A model generated the notes under the pieces. The model saw only the letters and a program-made list of their open reading frames with translations, searched no databases and was not told the origin of the DNA. Shown here in pieces: positions 35,685 to 46,119 of a stretch of DNA of 64,000 nucleotides (positions are counted from its first letter, which is position 1; every line of letters starts with the position of its first letter). This stretch comes from a virus (Duplodnaviria; Caudoviricetes): positions 1 through 64,000 of IMG/VR virus record IMGVR_UViG_3300028907_000003; one strand, 5' to 3'. The position numbers and the translations under genes are program-made.

Positions 35685-35736
35685 AAACAATAATTGTTTC
35701 TCCCCTTTTATCATTCATACTATATATACCTGTCGG
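35685..35736 (-). repeat. module B, copy 2
   Basis: Same 52-bp length and conserved blocks as 33073-33124. Confidence 0.75.
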
Positions 35737-36232
35737 CATTAGCCAAAACTGGCTGTATATAGACAATTATGGCTAAATTTAGATTTATATATCTAATATC
35801 GAAGGGTTTATATTCTTATACGTCCTATAAGGTAATTGGTAGAATGAATAGAGCGAATAAAATAAAAATCCTAGAAAATAAAATATATTAATAATAATCA
35901 ACATCGCGCATGACCAGGAAAATGCTCTATAAGATGGGCCTTCTAAAAAAAACCGGGGCTTTTTTTCGAGTGAAAACTATTCAACATTTTGAATAGAATT
36001 TTCAAGATATTTTCCAAAAAATTCTAGCTAAAATCCTGGTGAAATTCCAGCAATTTTTAATCAACATTTTGTGCAGGATTTCTATGAAAAATCCAACAAA
36101 AAATACAAAAAAAGTTCAATATTTTTCGCGGTAGTAATGCGCTAATTCGTACTCAGATAATCGCAGAATATCATAAGGATTATCATAAGAAATTTCCTGA
36201 GTTTCTCGAACACTTAATTCAGGATCGCGCAT

Positions 36233-36454
36233 TTAATCCACCACCTCAGAACTAACGAATTTAATATCGGGCTCAGTCATATTTATGAATTCAATCCACC
36301 CAAATTTCTCAGCCTCTGTCATGTCAATTGTCAGCATTTCATTTGGGTCATATGTCACAGTCTTTCCCGGTACGCCATACCCATTTTCCACAGGTAGTTC
36401 GTAGGTTATTTCCAGAATTATTCTAGCTTTTTTCGGCATAAAACTCACCACCAA
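36233..36454 (-). CDS. hypothetical protein
   Basis: 73-aa ORF divergent from 36539. Confidence 0.45.
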   Translation of the reverse strand: MVVSFMPKKARIILEITYELPVENGYGVPGKTVTYDPNEMLTIDMTEAEKFGWIEFINMTEPDIKFVSSEVVD

Positions 36455-36538
36455 TATATAGGGTTTTCGAGTATAAAAGCGTTTCGGTTTTTCGAGTAAA
36501 TCGAAAAGTTTAAATAGCTAGAAAACAAAGTATCTAGC

Positions 36539-36856
36539 ATGACAAAAACGCCGAGTGGTCAAAGCTGCAATGCTTTCGAGCGGGATGGCAGAATGCACAA
36601 TACCCTTAAAAAAGCCGCCAGAGGCGCATGGCAACATGAAGTGCTCAGGAACCTGATGGATGAAGGCTATGTGATTGGATATCGAGCTACAGGTCCACTG
36701 AGAGGCCGCGCCAAGAGCTATCAGAGCCACTATGCAAAGTCTCTGACTAACATGATGGATCGCATTGAAGAAATACTAGAAACAGAAACTGAGTATCGCC
36801 TTGAACGAGGAAGCGTTGGACCGAAAGGTGGATGGGGATATTACATTACAACGTAG
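36539..36856 (+). CDS. hypothetical protein
   Basis: Leaderless after CGAAAAGTTTAAATA; ends GPKGGWGYYIT. Confidence 0.55.
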   Translation: MTKTPSGQSCNAFERDGRMHNTLKKAARGAWQHEVLRNLMDEGYVIGYRATGPLRGRAKSYQSHYAKSLTNMMDRIEEILETETEYRLERGSVGPKGGWGYYITT

Positions 36857-37036
36857 GTGGTATGAAATGAAGATTAAAAATAAAATGAACCTCAGAAAAG
36901 TACTGCACGATGGAAATTTTAACTGTATTGTTGTATGGCAGGATGGTATATGGACCGATTGTGAAAAGAGATCCGTAGAAGATAGCATCTCACAAGCATT
37001 ATCGGAATTTAAAGAGGTTGAGGAGGTGGACTGAGC

Positions 37037-37288
37037 ATGGTCCAAAATCAATTGCAAATGCAGCAGGAATGGATAGAAGCAATTTTCGACAGGTTGGCCC
37101 TTTGCGTGAATGGCCTACACCTCTCCGATCAGACCGGTGCTGAAACCTTGGGAGAGATTCTTAGGCATACGGCAGTACTGACAAGCGATACTTTCACATA
37201 CGCAGACATTGCCGCGCTAGACAACGAAATACAGGCATGGTTATTAGCTAAAAAATCTGATTCGAATCAGAAGATGAAAACATCCTAG
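37037..37288 (+). CDS. hypothetical protein
   Basis: SD GAGGAGGTG. Confidence 0.5.
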   Translation: MVQNQLQMQQEWIEAIFDRLALCVNGLHLSDQTGAETLGEILRHTAVLTSDTFTYADIAALDNEIQAWLLAKKSDSNQKMKTS

Positions 37289-37398
37289 TTTCCTCATGGG
37301 AAACCGAGGGGGAATTCCCTCCTTTACCACCCCCTCGCTCTTCTCTTTATCCCCATAAAGTTCGTGCGTCTATTGGCGCAGAACGTGGAGGAATTATG
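37288..37398 (+). promoter_or_regulatory. GC-rich structured intergenic leader
   Basis: GTTTCC/GGAAAC, CGAGGGGG/CCCCCTCG and GTTC.TGCGTC/GGCGCA.GAAC stems before SD GGAGG. Confidence 0.45.
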
Positions 37399-37674
37399 AG
37401 AACACGGATCGTAAGCTCAAATGAGATCTATGAGAAAGATTCACTGAGAGCAAGCGACTACATCACACCAGAATCAGCATTCAAACCTGGGATGAAAGTC
37501 GCTTACATCCCTTATCATGCAATGGGAGACATCAATCACGCTGATGTCGAATACGGAACTGTTACCAGTAAGAAGTTTGTTGGTGAGCAGGAGGTCATTT
37601 TCGTCAAGTTCCCGGACAGTCCATCATGCTCTAAAGGATGTCGCCCGGATCAATTGAGGGAGATGCCAAGATGA
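37396..37674 (+). CDS. SH3-like hypothetical protein
   Basis: FKPGMKVAYIP...EYGTVTS...IFVKF. Confidence 0.55.
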   Translation: MRTRIVSSNEIYEKDSLRASDYITPESAFKPGMKVAYIPYHAMGDINHADVEYGTVTSKKFVGEQEVIFVKFPDSPSCSKGCRPDQLREMPR

Positions 37675-37675
37675 G

Positions 37676-38082
37676 GTGAATCGCATGCACTGGATAAAAG
37701 ATGGTAAACTTGGGCATTACACAATTGAGCACTCGGAACTTCAGCATTGTGCTGCAAACCAACATTGCCCAGACTGCAATCACACAGGAACCTTCCAGCC
37801 TGATCGCATAGTCAAAGCAGATGGGGAGTGGCTGTTCACTGAAGCCCACTGTCACCACTGCGACGCAAAGCTGGTGATATTGAAAACAGATATAGCATCA
37901 TGACAAAATGCGAATCGTGCGGAAAAGAACTTCTAGATGGTGCCGCTGTGGTCCGGGTTCAATATGGAAATATTTATAATAATGTTAACATGCGCCGAGC
38001 CACCGAAGATGACCATTTCTGCCGAAGTTGTGTAGAATCCGGAAATGTGGCAATTCGAGATTGTTACCTAGCAAAACAGTGA
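37676..38082 (+). CDS. two small Zn-finger ORFs (37676..37903, 37900..38082)
   Basis: CPDC..CHHC and CESC..CRSC pairs; ATGA coupling. Confidence 0.55.
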
Positions 38083-38092
38083 GGTGTTATAA

Positions 38093-38392
38093 ATGGTGTG
38101 TAACTTTCAACTAAAGAGGAAGCCAAGAGCTTGCTGGAGGCAAACGATGACCTCGATTCCGGTCATTTTAATTTCGCTTAATTTATTTTTTTGTTCCGTC
38201 GCGATGGGCCAAGTAAGCTTAGAGTTCTCATGCTCAGTGATAGGTAATGGTAACATGAGCCTTGACCATGAAAATGCCATCCTGAATGTATCACTAAACA
38301 TGAGCAACATTAGCATTGACGAGTGGAACAATAGCAGTGCTTGGCAATGGGAAATTTCAACGAAAGGTTTAAATTATAGTAAATACAATTAA
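38093..38392 (+). CDS. exported protein
   Basis: Signal-like ILISLNLFFCSVAMG; Asn-rich. Confidence 0.45.
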   Translation: MVCNFQLKRKPRACWRQTMTSIPVILISLNLFFCSVAMGQVSLEFSCSVIGNGNMSLDHENAILNVSLNMSNISIDEWNNSSAWQWEISTKGLNYSKYN

Positions 38393-38646
38393 GCGTATTT
38401 GGCCGCTATTTAAACCAACCAAAACTTACTTATTTTTGAAACGCTATGATCATGATTTATGATGAACCTGAATGATGTGGAAGATCGCGCACGACTACAG
38501 AAAATCCGAGTGGTGGCGCACATGGGGAACTCCGCAGTTTAAATTCAACCCGGATAAAGATATCCGCAATGGATATAAGCCAAGCAACTTTGCCGTAGAC
38601 CAAAAAGGTTAAATACTCAAAAGTCGTGTATAGGTATTGGTGAAAT

Positions 38647-38916
38647 GTGATGAATACCAGATTCGATAGAGCAAGAATGATGTCCAGCACCGTTATGCAA
38701 AGTGAATTGGCCCTTAGATCCGGAAGAAATTCTAAAAATATCGAGCTATGCAAAAGATGTCTATCAGATGTTGGTATTGATAAAAGTATATATGCAATAG
38801 CTCGTTTATATGAAATGGATTCTAAGATCCCGGTTAGTGATGAACGACGACGCAGGATCGTAGACATTGCAAAAACAGCTGCCGCTGAAATTTATATAAT
38901 ACTTGGTGGTGTTTGA
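38647..38916 (+). CDS. hypothetical protein
   Basis: 89-aa ORF after promoter AAAAAGGTTAAATA. Confidence 0.5.
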   Translation: MMNTRFDRARMMSSTVMQSELALRSGRNSKNIELCKRCLSDVGIDKSIYAIARLYEMDSKIPVSDERRRRIVDIAKTAAAEIYIILGGV

Positions 38917-38917
38917 A

Positions 38918-39063
38918 ATGAAACTTGTTATGAGTAAAAAGAAGTCTGTGATATCGTTTCGAGATATCTAAGTGATGAAAAGGATCTCAATGTTGAGAAT
39001 ATCGAACTCGAAGAATGCTGTAATGTAATTGAACTACATGCTGATATTGTGGTGGATGATTAA
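38918..39063 (+). pseudogene. small gene with a -1 lesion in the A-run 38936-38940
   Basis: MKLVMSK then EVCDIVSRYLSDEKDLNVENIELEECCNVIELHADIVVDD* in the -1 frame, abutting the next ATG. Confidence 0.55.
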
Positions 39064-42000
39064 ATGTTCGATGTAGAACCTGAAATAAAGCTAAACGACA
39101 GCCAGTTGAAAAGGCTGCGCATGGCAATGAAAGACTGTCATTCGCTGGATATAGAATCGCTTATGATCGCCGCAGTTGAAAAATTCTTGCGGGTATATAA
39201 CCAAGCACCGGACCATTGGGAAAGTGTTATTAGAGGTATAAAATCTCTGAATGGCACATCTGATGATGCAGCGATATTTATGGCCGGTTATATGGCAAAG
39301 GTGTTTATAGATGAAATTGAATATCAATATTCGGGAGAGAAATTGACATGAATGACGGTATAACTTTGATGATGGCACTCTTAACAGCTGCCATTGCATA
39401 CCTAGTTGGATTGGCATTAACTGCACTATATTACGGCGTGATAATCGCGCTTATATACAAGTTCTTGGAATGGGTTGGAATCTTGGTAATAGGGATGTTG
39501 TAAAATGAAGACTCCCTCTTCAATTTTATCGCATTCCGAGGATTGGCAAAACGGATCATGGCGGGATTATGACATACATGAACTTGGTATGTGGGTACAT
39601 GTTCTTGTAAAACGAGCTTATCATAGAACTAAAACTAAAGATGCTAAGAAAGATCTGGAAGATGCACAGAATTACTTGAACATGATGCAGGAACACATTA
39701 ATCAGGCTAAGGAGGATTTAAATGGCTTGGACTCTATTTTGGGACATGCTCAATCAGGGCCGCTACCGAAAGCTTTTTATAGCTTACGTGCCTAGTAGTG
39801 ATGCGGTGCGGGAAGAACTGCGCGGGATGGCATGAGCCGTCCTCTCGCACTCAATCACTTGGAGGTAGATTACTTGGAGCAAACACAAATAACCGTTAAC
39901 ATCTTTGGGATGGATGATGCTAGACTAGATGCAATTGATCGTGAAGTAGTCACATACCTTATGAAACATGTGATGGAAAGCACGATCACGAATTGCGTGT
40001 CCGAAATTATTAATTATTATGATAATCCCGAAGAACGAGTTTATGCTGCGTATTCGGTTGGTATGCTGATAGGCTATATGAACGGGAGGGTATCAGAATA
40101 GAGGCTCGAATAGCCTCTCTCTCATGGAGATGTATATGCATGATGATCAGATTTGAGTTCAAACATGGTGGATTTATAGAATGTGAAATTGATGTAGATC
40201 AATCATGGGATGAAGTTGCCACGAAGATATATGAATCGCATTTCATCATTGGTGACAATGACGATGGTTCTATTGGATTTGCATTTCTGAGAAGCGAGCT
40301 TAAGTATATAAGACGGGTGCATTGAAAAAAACCGGGGGAAATTTATGTTAGGAAACTTGAATGATTTTATAGATATAAAAGAACCAGTAACAGTCGGCCA
40401 ATTAATCGAGGTTTTGAAACAATTTGATCCTGACATGCCGGTTGAAATTGGGGCAGAAGGTGTGTTCCAGGGATGGCCAACAAGCGTGCATGTCCAAACG
40501 ACAAATTATGGTAATACTGCAGCTGTTTTGTGGGCTGAATGAGGTTAAAAATGATTGAACTTCTAGCTGGAATCGGGTTTATTGGTATACTGGCTTTTGT
40601 TATTAACTCATGGATCGATTGGACGAGTGTTCGAGTAGCATACGACTTGATGTTGGTGTTTTTCGAATTCGTTGATGACATGCAACAGAACTACAAACCA
40701 TGTATTGGTTTTGTGAGGAATCCATGAAGATATATTGGGTTTGCGCCGAACTCTATGGTAAATGCTTTTTCAGGTTTTCATTAGAAGAAGCGCAGCATGA
40801 ATGTGATTTCCGCATGGAAGAAAAGAAAAAACCATTAGATGTATTTGGTTGCCCGAAAGGAGAAGACGTTTATGGTGATTGGTATGTTCTAGCGGAAGAA
40901 AAACCTGATGAATTGTTTGGAACATGTCAAAATAAAGATGAGCCTAGATTACCATATCAACCAGATTGCTCAGTTGGGATGATTAGAAAAGATCGAGCAG
41001 GAATCCTATATGATGATGGCACATGTGGAACCTGCCCGTATTTTATAAAACTAGGTGAATAAAAACATGGATAAAATTCAAATGGTTTCGATGTATACGG
41101 CATATGACAAAGTAGTGCTGGACACTGCTTGCTTCATGTACCTGGACGGTGTTGACCCGGAGACATCTGCATTCAGCAGACCATCCTTTGATCAGATGAT
41201 GTTTATGAGATGCATGTGGTATCATGATCTGCCGGAAGCTGTAAAGGAAGCTCTGTTTGAGCAAGCCCAAAACGATGTACCTAGAGTGATTGAGCGGCTG
41301 ATTAATCCAATACCATTATGGGGATAGGTAATGGCCATACAGTGCGAAAAACGTGGATCCAAGTTTATAGACAATGATGCTTGGGTAGCTGACGATGATG
41401 GTGATGAGGTCATCGTGATGTACACTTATCAAGAATGCTTGAATTCGTAGAAAACCAGGTATTTTAAGGAGTGAGCATGATATATATAAATTTTTTCATT
41501 GGATTTGCGCTAATCGGGATGTACATGATGATTCATTCGCCCGTTTGGTGTGGATTCGCCGCATTGATGAGCGCGTTGAGTTTTTGGGCAGGAATATATG
41601 ATGAAATTTGATGGGTGGTAACATGGGTACATGGGAAAAGTGTCCGGATTGTAACAAGACGTTCTTATCACTGGATGTAAAAGATCCAATGGATGTTGTA
41701 GTGCATATCGAGTTACGGGAAGCTCCCCATCCAAAGTTTACCGATTTGCTCAATATGGGTGGTGGAGAGGGTTTTGGAAGTGGTAATGCGTTTGGGAAAT
41801 TGACCGATAAACAGAGGAAGCATTTCCTGACCCATTTATTACGATATGCTAAAATGTTGTTACAGGAAGCCGAAGCGAGATATGACTATGATGTAAGCTA
41901 TGGAATTGATACCGGGAGGATACAGATATGAAAGATGAAATATTCGATACACGCACGTATCGTGAAGAAGTTAATCGAGACATTGCCACAATGGAAGTTG

Positions 42001-42215
42001 TAATTGATTCATTTGTAGGTAGTGTAGATAAGGTTGACCAAGTAACGGATGTCGAGAAACTCGAAGAAGATATAAACTACGTTGTATCTAAGAGCACTAG
42101 GTTTATTGGTTATGTAAGTGTATTTAAGATGGATTATGGTATTAAGATAGATTTTAGCCTGATGCCAGCACAGTATACATTTGCTGCATTGGGTACGGAG
42201 AAAATGGATGACTGA
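39064..42215 (+). other. run of about 11 small co-oriented hypothetical CDSs (39064, 39505, 39832, 40140, 40345, 40539, 40724, 41055, 41608, 41928 and others)
   Basis: Tightly packed or overlapping ORFs with SD-like GGAG/GGTG motifs; no family recognised. Confidence 0.55.
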
Positions 42216-42387
42216 GCATATTAGTTACATTACTGCTGATCCAACAGTTACCAAATATTGTGTTAAATGCGGGCATTGAATTCCTGGCATGCGACTAAGC
42301 CAGAGCGTGCAGTGTTGGTGTGGTGAATGGATGTACCCGTATTTGACATCAAAGGGTAATGCTAAAATGGTGGTGGATTGCGTATGA
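42208..42387 (+). pseudogene. Zn-finger gene with an in-frame TGA at 42277-42279
   Basis: ...YCVKCGH*IPGMRLSQSVQCWCGEWM... Confidence 0.6.
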
Positions 42388-42607
42388 ATTTATACATAAG
42401 CCCGGTTGATAGTAACGACGATTATATGAAAATCAGAGAAGATGTTTATATAACTGCTTCCAGTAGGATCCTGCGAATAAGATGATCCGCAAGCAGACTT
42501 TAATTATAGTAGGTGCTATCCTGCTACTTATCGTGGGAGTACTTGAAGAATCATCGCTGTATATAATGATTGGAGCATGCACCATTATACAGGAGAGTAT
42601 AATCGGA

Positions 42608-43021
42608 TTAACTAAAGATTAACCCGCAGCCCTCGCATTCCTTTTCATTGTTTCTGTTATAACGCACTATTGAACCACATTCGTTGCAACGTAGCCGCTG
42701 CAGAACCGGTTTTCCATCAATCTCTACCCATTCATCTATCGCGCATCCACAAGATGATGAATGTTCAGCGGGATATTTATGTGTTTTACGTAGGATGTTT
42801 CTATAATTGATAAAGGCTACTTTATCTTGACGACTTTCGAAGAATATGCAGTAATTAGATGTAGTTATGAAGAAATGACGCTTGCCCTTCTTGTATCGTT
42901 TTTTCATTTCTTTAATGTGACATAATTTACAAATTCTTCCTAAATTTCTACGCTTCTTAGATCGGTATTCATTGGATCCATTCAAGTCACAACCGCAACA
43001 ACGGCATAATCTAGTTTCCAT
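42608..43021 (-). CDS. multi Zn-finger protein (C-terminal TFIIB-like ribbon)
   Basis: CRCCG..CKLC; CNECG..CEGCGLIF. Confidence 0.55.
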   Translation of the reverse strand: METRLCRCCGCDLNGSNEYRSKKRRNLGRICKLCHIKEMKKRYKKGKRHFFITTSNYCIFFESRQDKVAFINYRNILRKTHKYPAEHSSSCGCAIDEWVEIDGKPVLQRLRCNECGSIVRYNRNNEKECEGCGLIFS

Positions 43022-43051
43022 ATACCATATATAGGAACTTATTTTATATAA

Positions 43052-43462
43052 ATGTTTCTAATTTACATTAATTATACTATTGTTTATACCGAAAAGCTTA
43101 TAAAGGAATCATGCCTATGGGTAGGGTGGAGGTGCTTGGTTGCAGCGATGTCAAGCATCTACCATCCGTGTGATGCGGGGGCATCGGCAGCTATTAAGGC
43201 TGCACTGCGGGGTATATGTATGTTTGATCCACTAACTACACAAGAAATCGATGCTCTGATCATGAGCAAGAAAACCGGAAAGGTTAAGCGCGGCGTAAAA
43301 GAGATTGCAGTAAGGAACTTTCTAGGCAGTTTGGGACAGGCTGACGACATGGATGGCGAAATGGCCAACATGTATATGGATGCCAGTTTATACCAATGGA
43401 GTCCTGAAACAATCGGTGTAATCCAGCGCGGCATATCCAAGGCGTATTCGAGGGGGAGGTAA
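43052..43462 (+). CDS. hypothetical protein (true start probably downstream)
   Basis: After CCGAAAAGCTTATAAA promoter. Confidence 0.45.
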   Translation: MFLIYINYTIVYTEKLIKESCLWVGWRCLVAAMSSIYHPCDAGASAAIKAALRGICMFDPLTTQEIDALIMSKKTGKVKRGVKEIAVRNFLGSLGQADDMDGEMANMYMDASLYQWSPETIGVIQRGISKAYSRGR

Positions 43463-43463
43463 G

Positions 43464-43814
43464 ATGGAGTTGTATTTTCCAGGCGGAGGACATATTTCTG
43501 CAAGAGAGGTATCCGTTAGTGGTGTTCCGTGTATGAAAGTGACCGCTGTAGATGGATTCTCATCGGATCCAAGAGATCCGGTGCATATGGTACTATGTTC
43601 AGTTGGATTCATATATGAACCACCCGATGGTACAAAACTGAAAAAACATCATCAAAACGGGCCATCGGTAAGTTATCCAAACAATGATGCCCTGGACCTC
43701 TGGAGCTTTAATACGAGGATCGAGGATGTAATTCCCAAGTTCGTGTTCCGAGAAATCATCGAACATATCAGAAACAGTGTGCCATGGGAAGGTATTGAAG
43801 AGGTTGTAATATGA
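43464..43814 (+). CDS. WxGxEEV-family paralogue 1 (no SH3-like module)
   Basis: EVSVSGVPCMKV...GF; IPKFVFREII; ends WEGIEEVVI. Confidence 0.65.
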   Translation: MELYFPGGGHISAREVSVSGVPCMKVTAVDGFSSDPRDPVHMVLCSVGFIYEPPDGTKLKKHHQNGPSVSYPNNDALDLWSFNTRIEDVIPKFVFREIIEHIRNSVPWEGIEEVVI

Positions 43815-44248
43815 AAGAAATGCTAAAGCTTATAATCAACGGGACAAAGGTTGTGGTTTATGATGATGATACCATAACAATTGATACCCCAAGAAACGTC
43901 GATGTAACCGAGACTGTTATAAGACCGGTGGCCCAAAATAAACCGGGGAATTCCAGATCCGAGTTTATTAAGTATGGTGCTGGTCCATGGGTGCTCAGTA
44001 ATAAGGAAGCTCAACAGAAACTGAATAGAGTTACTGGTGATGGATACAAGGCATTTAACAGGGAGCCTATCATCGATGTTGGTAATGATGTGTGGCTGGT
44101 ATTGTCCGATACCGATAAGGATAAATACTATGTAGTATACAAAGAGGGGATGAAGCCAAAGTGCTCGTGTCCAAGCTTCCATTTCCATCATAAGGGCAAT
44201 GGGCAGTGCAAACATATCGGGTATTTGGTATCAAAAGCGGTGATTTGA
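43811..44248 (+). CDS. SWIM Zn-finger protein
   Basis: CSCPSF...CKHI. Confidence 0.7.
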   Translation: MKEMLKLIINGTKVVVYDDDTITIDTPRNVDVTETVIRPVAQNKPGNSRSEFIKYGAGPWVLSNKEAQQKLNRVTGDGYKAFNREPIIDVGNDVWLVLSDTDKDKYYVVYKEGMKPKCSCPSFHFHHKGNGQCKHIGYLVSKAVI

Positions 44249-44535
44249 GAATGGAAATCGAGATGTATAAGATAATGGACTCCGATTTGAAGTTTTCAAG
44301 CGGAGGATTGCACCCGATGTTTACGCGGGAAGGCAAAACATGGAACTCGAAGGCCAGACTGCATGCCCACTTTAGACTGCTAAATGAATACGGAATGCTT
44401 AAGAAGTGTTACGATGGATGCCGTATTATTCGCATCAGTCTGAATTTTGAGGAGAATCGGGTAACTGCCGGGGGATGCTCGGTTGATGCCGACGAGTTTT
44501 ATCAAAAGCTGGTATCGCCATGCGGGACAAATTAG
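44206..44535 (+). CDS. hypothetical protein
   Basis: FSSGG.HP.FTREGKTW motif. Confidence 0.5.
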   Translation: MQTYRVFGIKSGDLRMEIEMYKIMDSDLKFSSGGLHPMFTREGKTWNSKARLHAHFRLLNEYGMLKKCYDGCRIIRISLNFEENRVTAGGCSVDADEFYQKLVSPCGTN

Positions 44536-44843
44536 CGGTTATGAAAGGCACAGATATGTTTACCGCCAAAGTAGCACAAAGACGTAAGACTGTAAGAATC
44601 GGTGGTAAATTAGCCGATCAGCGTATAATCACTGATGTTCGAAATCTAAAAGGAGAGCCGATAACCGATCATTTAGTGTTGACGATTGGTCGAGAAATAC
44701 CCGCTGTGCCTATTGCATATGCCCGGATTGTACCCGGATGTAATATCAAATTTGAGGGAAAGCCGCAAAAGTATACCAGAGCGAATGGAACACAAGATTA
44801 CACATTGTTTGTGAAAAAGTTAGTTGAAAGTAAAATGGAGTGA
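44520..44843 (+). CDS. OB-fold-like hypothetical protein
   Basis: ITDV...GEPITDHL...PG..IKF.G....Y pattern. Confidence 0.5.
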   Translation: MRDKLAVMKGTDMFTAKVAQRRKTVRIGGKLADQRIITDVRNLKGEPITDHLVLTIGREIPAVPIAYARIVPGCNIKFEGKPQKYTRANGTQDYTLFVKKLVESKME

Positions 44844-45466
44844 AATGTATGAGTGGAGACTTTAGAGTTGGAGATTTGGTACGCATAACCAAGAGAATGA
44901 AGTCTGGAAGCCCAGGCTGGAATGACATTATGGACAAATATATCGGACAGGTTGCCACAATTAAGAGTATCGAAAATCGTGATTGTGGAAAAGCGCAGTG
45001 GTACTTCATGGAGGAATTCGGGTGGACCTGGACAGACGATGTATTTGAACATGTTATGGTAATCAAGACTGAGAAGGTTATATGTGGCGGGAGGAGGTGC
45101 CGCAAGATCCTTGGGTTTAAGGGTTTCCCGAAGCGGTGTGATGTTAGACCATATATGGGTATCGAAGATGTTGGTCGATGTGGGCGGCATATTGTAGATG
45201 AATGCGGTAGACCGGAGTGGGAAGGCTATTCTCATCAGCTTGGTGGACCAGATGAACTAATCGGTGACTTCACAGATAGTCAAGCAGCCGGTGTGAATAT
45301 TGGTGGATATTATCTTAATATTCGAACTAATAGTGTGTTCTTGGAAGATACATTCCAGGCTATCCTGAAGCAGATTCAAGAGCGTAAGAATATATACTTC
45401 GAAAATCGCACTTCAATAAAAGCCGAAGTAGTGGATTGGTCTGGTATCGAAGAGGTCGTGATTTAA
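44840..45466 (+). CDS. WxGxEEV-family paralogue 2 (SH3-like plus core)
   Basis: FRVGDLVRI..MDKYIG; TEKVICGGRRCRKI; ends WSGIEEVVI. Confidence 0.7.
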   Translation: MKCMSGDFRVGDLVRITKRMKSGSPGWNDIMDKYIGQVATIKSIENRDCGKAQWYFMEEFGWTWTDDVFEHVMVIKTEKVICGGRRCRKILGFKGFPKRCDVRPYMGIEDVGRCGRHIVDECGRPEWEGYSHQLGGPDELIGDFTDSQAAGVNIGGYYLNIRTNSVFLEDTFQAILKQIQERKNIYFENRTSIKAEVVDWSGIEEVVI

Positions 45467-45550
45467 ATGAGGTTTAGTTTCTCCGACTGGAGAAACAAAC
45501 TTCTTGGTTGGTTACATAGTTGGAAAGGTATCGAAGAGGTTGTAATATGA
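45467..45550 (+). CDS. 27-aa micropeptide consisting mainly of the family C-terminal tag
   Basis: MRFSFSDWRNKLLGWLHSWKGIEEVVI*. Confidence 0.55.
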   Translation: MRFSFSDWRNKLLGWLHSWKGIEEVVI

Positions 45551-46119
45551 AGTTTAAAACGGGTGATAGAATCCTAGTGTTACCCAATAGGCAAAGTTGC
45601 CCGGAGGGTATGGGTGTTGTCGTTGATGCCACTGACAAATGGTCAATCCATGTTAAGTTAGATGACCATGACAAAATATTCTGGATAAGCTATGATTGTT
45701 TGAGCTTACAGAAGCCACAATATGCGAGCATTACCACTGAAAAGGTTATGCGCGGTGGGAAAAAATGCCGCAGAATTATTAAGTTCAACAACATCAAGCA
45801 GAGAAGTCAGCTGCCGGAGGAGTATTTCGCAGGTGATAGGTGGTTTTACTTATCAGATAAAAAAGAAAACAGCTACCATGATGTCAAATCAGATGGTAAG
45901 TGTGATTGGCAATTGGGGGGAGCTGTTAATCGTGTTGTACTTGGACCAAATAAGCCCACACTCAATTTAGAGGGGTATTGCCTAATATTCACCGAGAGTT
46001 CGGTGTTACCGGAAGCGGCTTTCCAGAAGATTGTGGCATACATGAGAGAAGCCGGAGAACTGTACAGAAAGGTAAGAATCGCGCGTGAATGGTCTGGTGT
46101 TGAAGAGGTTATACTATGA
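45547..46119 (+). CDS. WxGxEEV-family paralogue 3
   Basis: FKTGDRI; TEKVMRGGKKCRRI; ends WSGVEEVIL. Confidence 0.7.
   Translation: MKFKTGDRILVLPNRQSCPEGMGVVVDATDKWSIHVKLDDHDKIFWISYDCLSLQKPQYASITTEKVMRGGKKCRRIIKFNNIKQRSQLPEEYFAGDRWFYLSDKKENSYHDVKSDGKCDWQLGGAVNRVVLGPNKPTLNLEGYCLIFTESSVLPEAAFQKIVAYMREAGELYRKVRIAREWSGVEEVIL

Larger units (their letters stand above)
28680..36230. other. AT-rich island of small plus-strand genes (putative early/leading region)
   Basis: Visibly more AT-rich than flanks, with long non-coding ends and repeated promoter modules. Confidence 0.7.
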
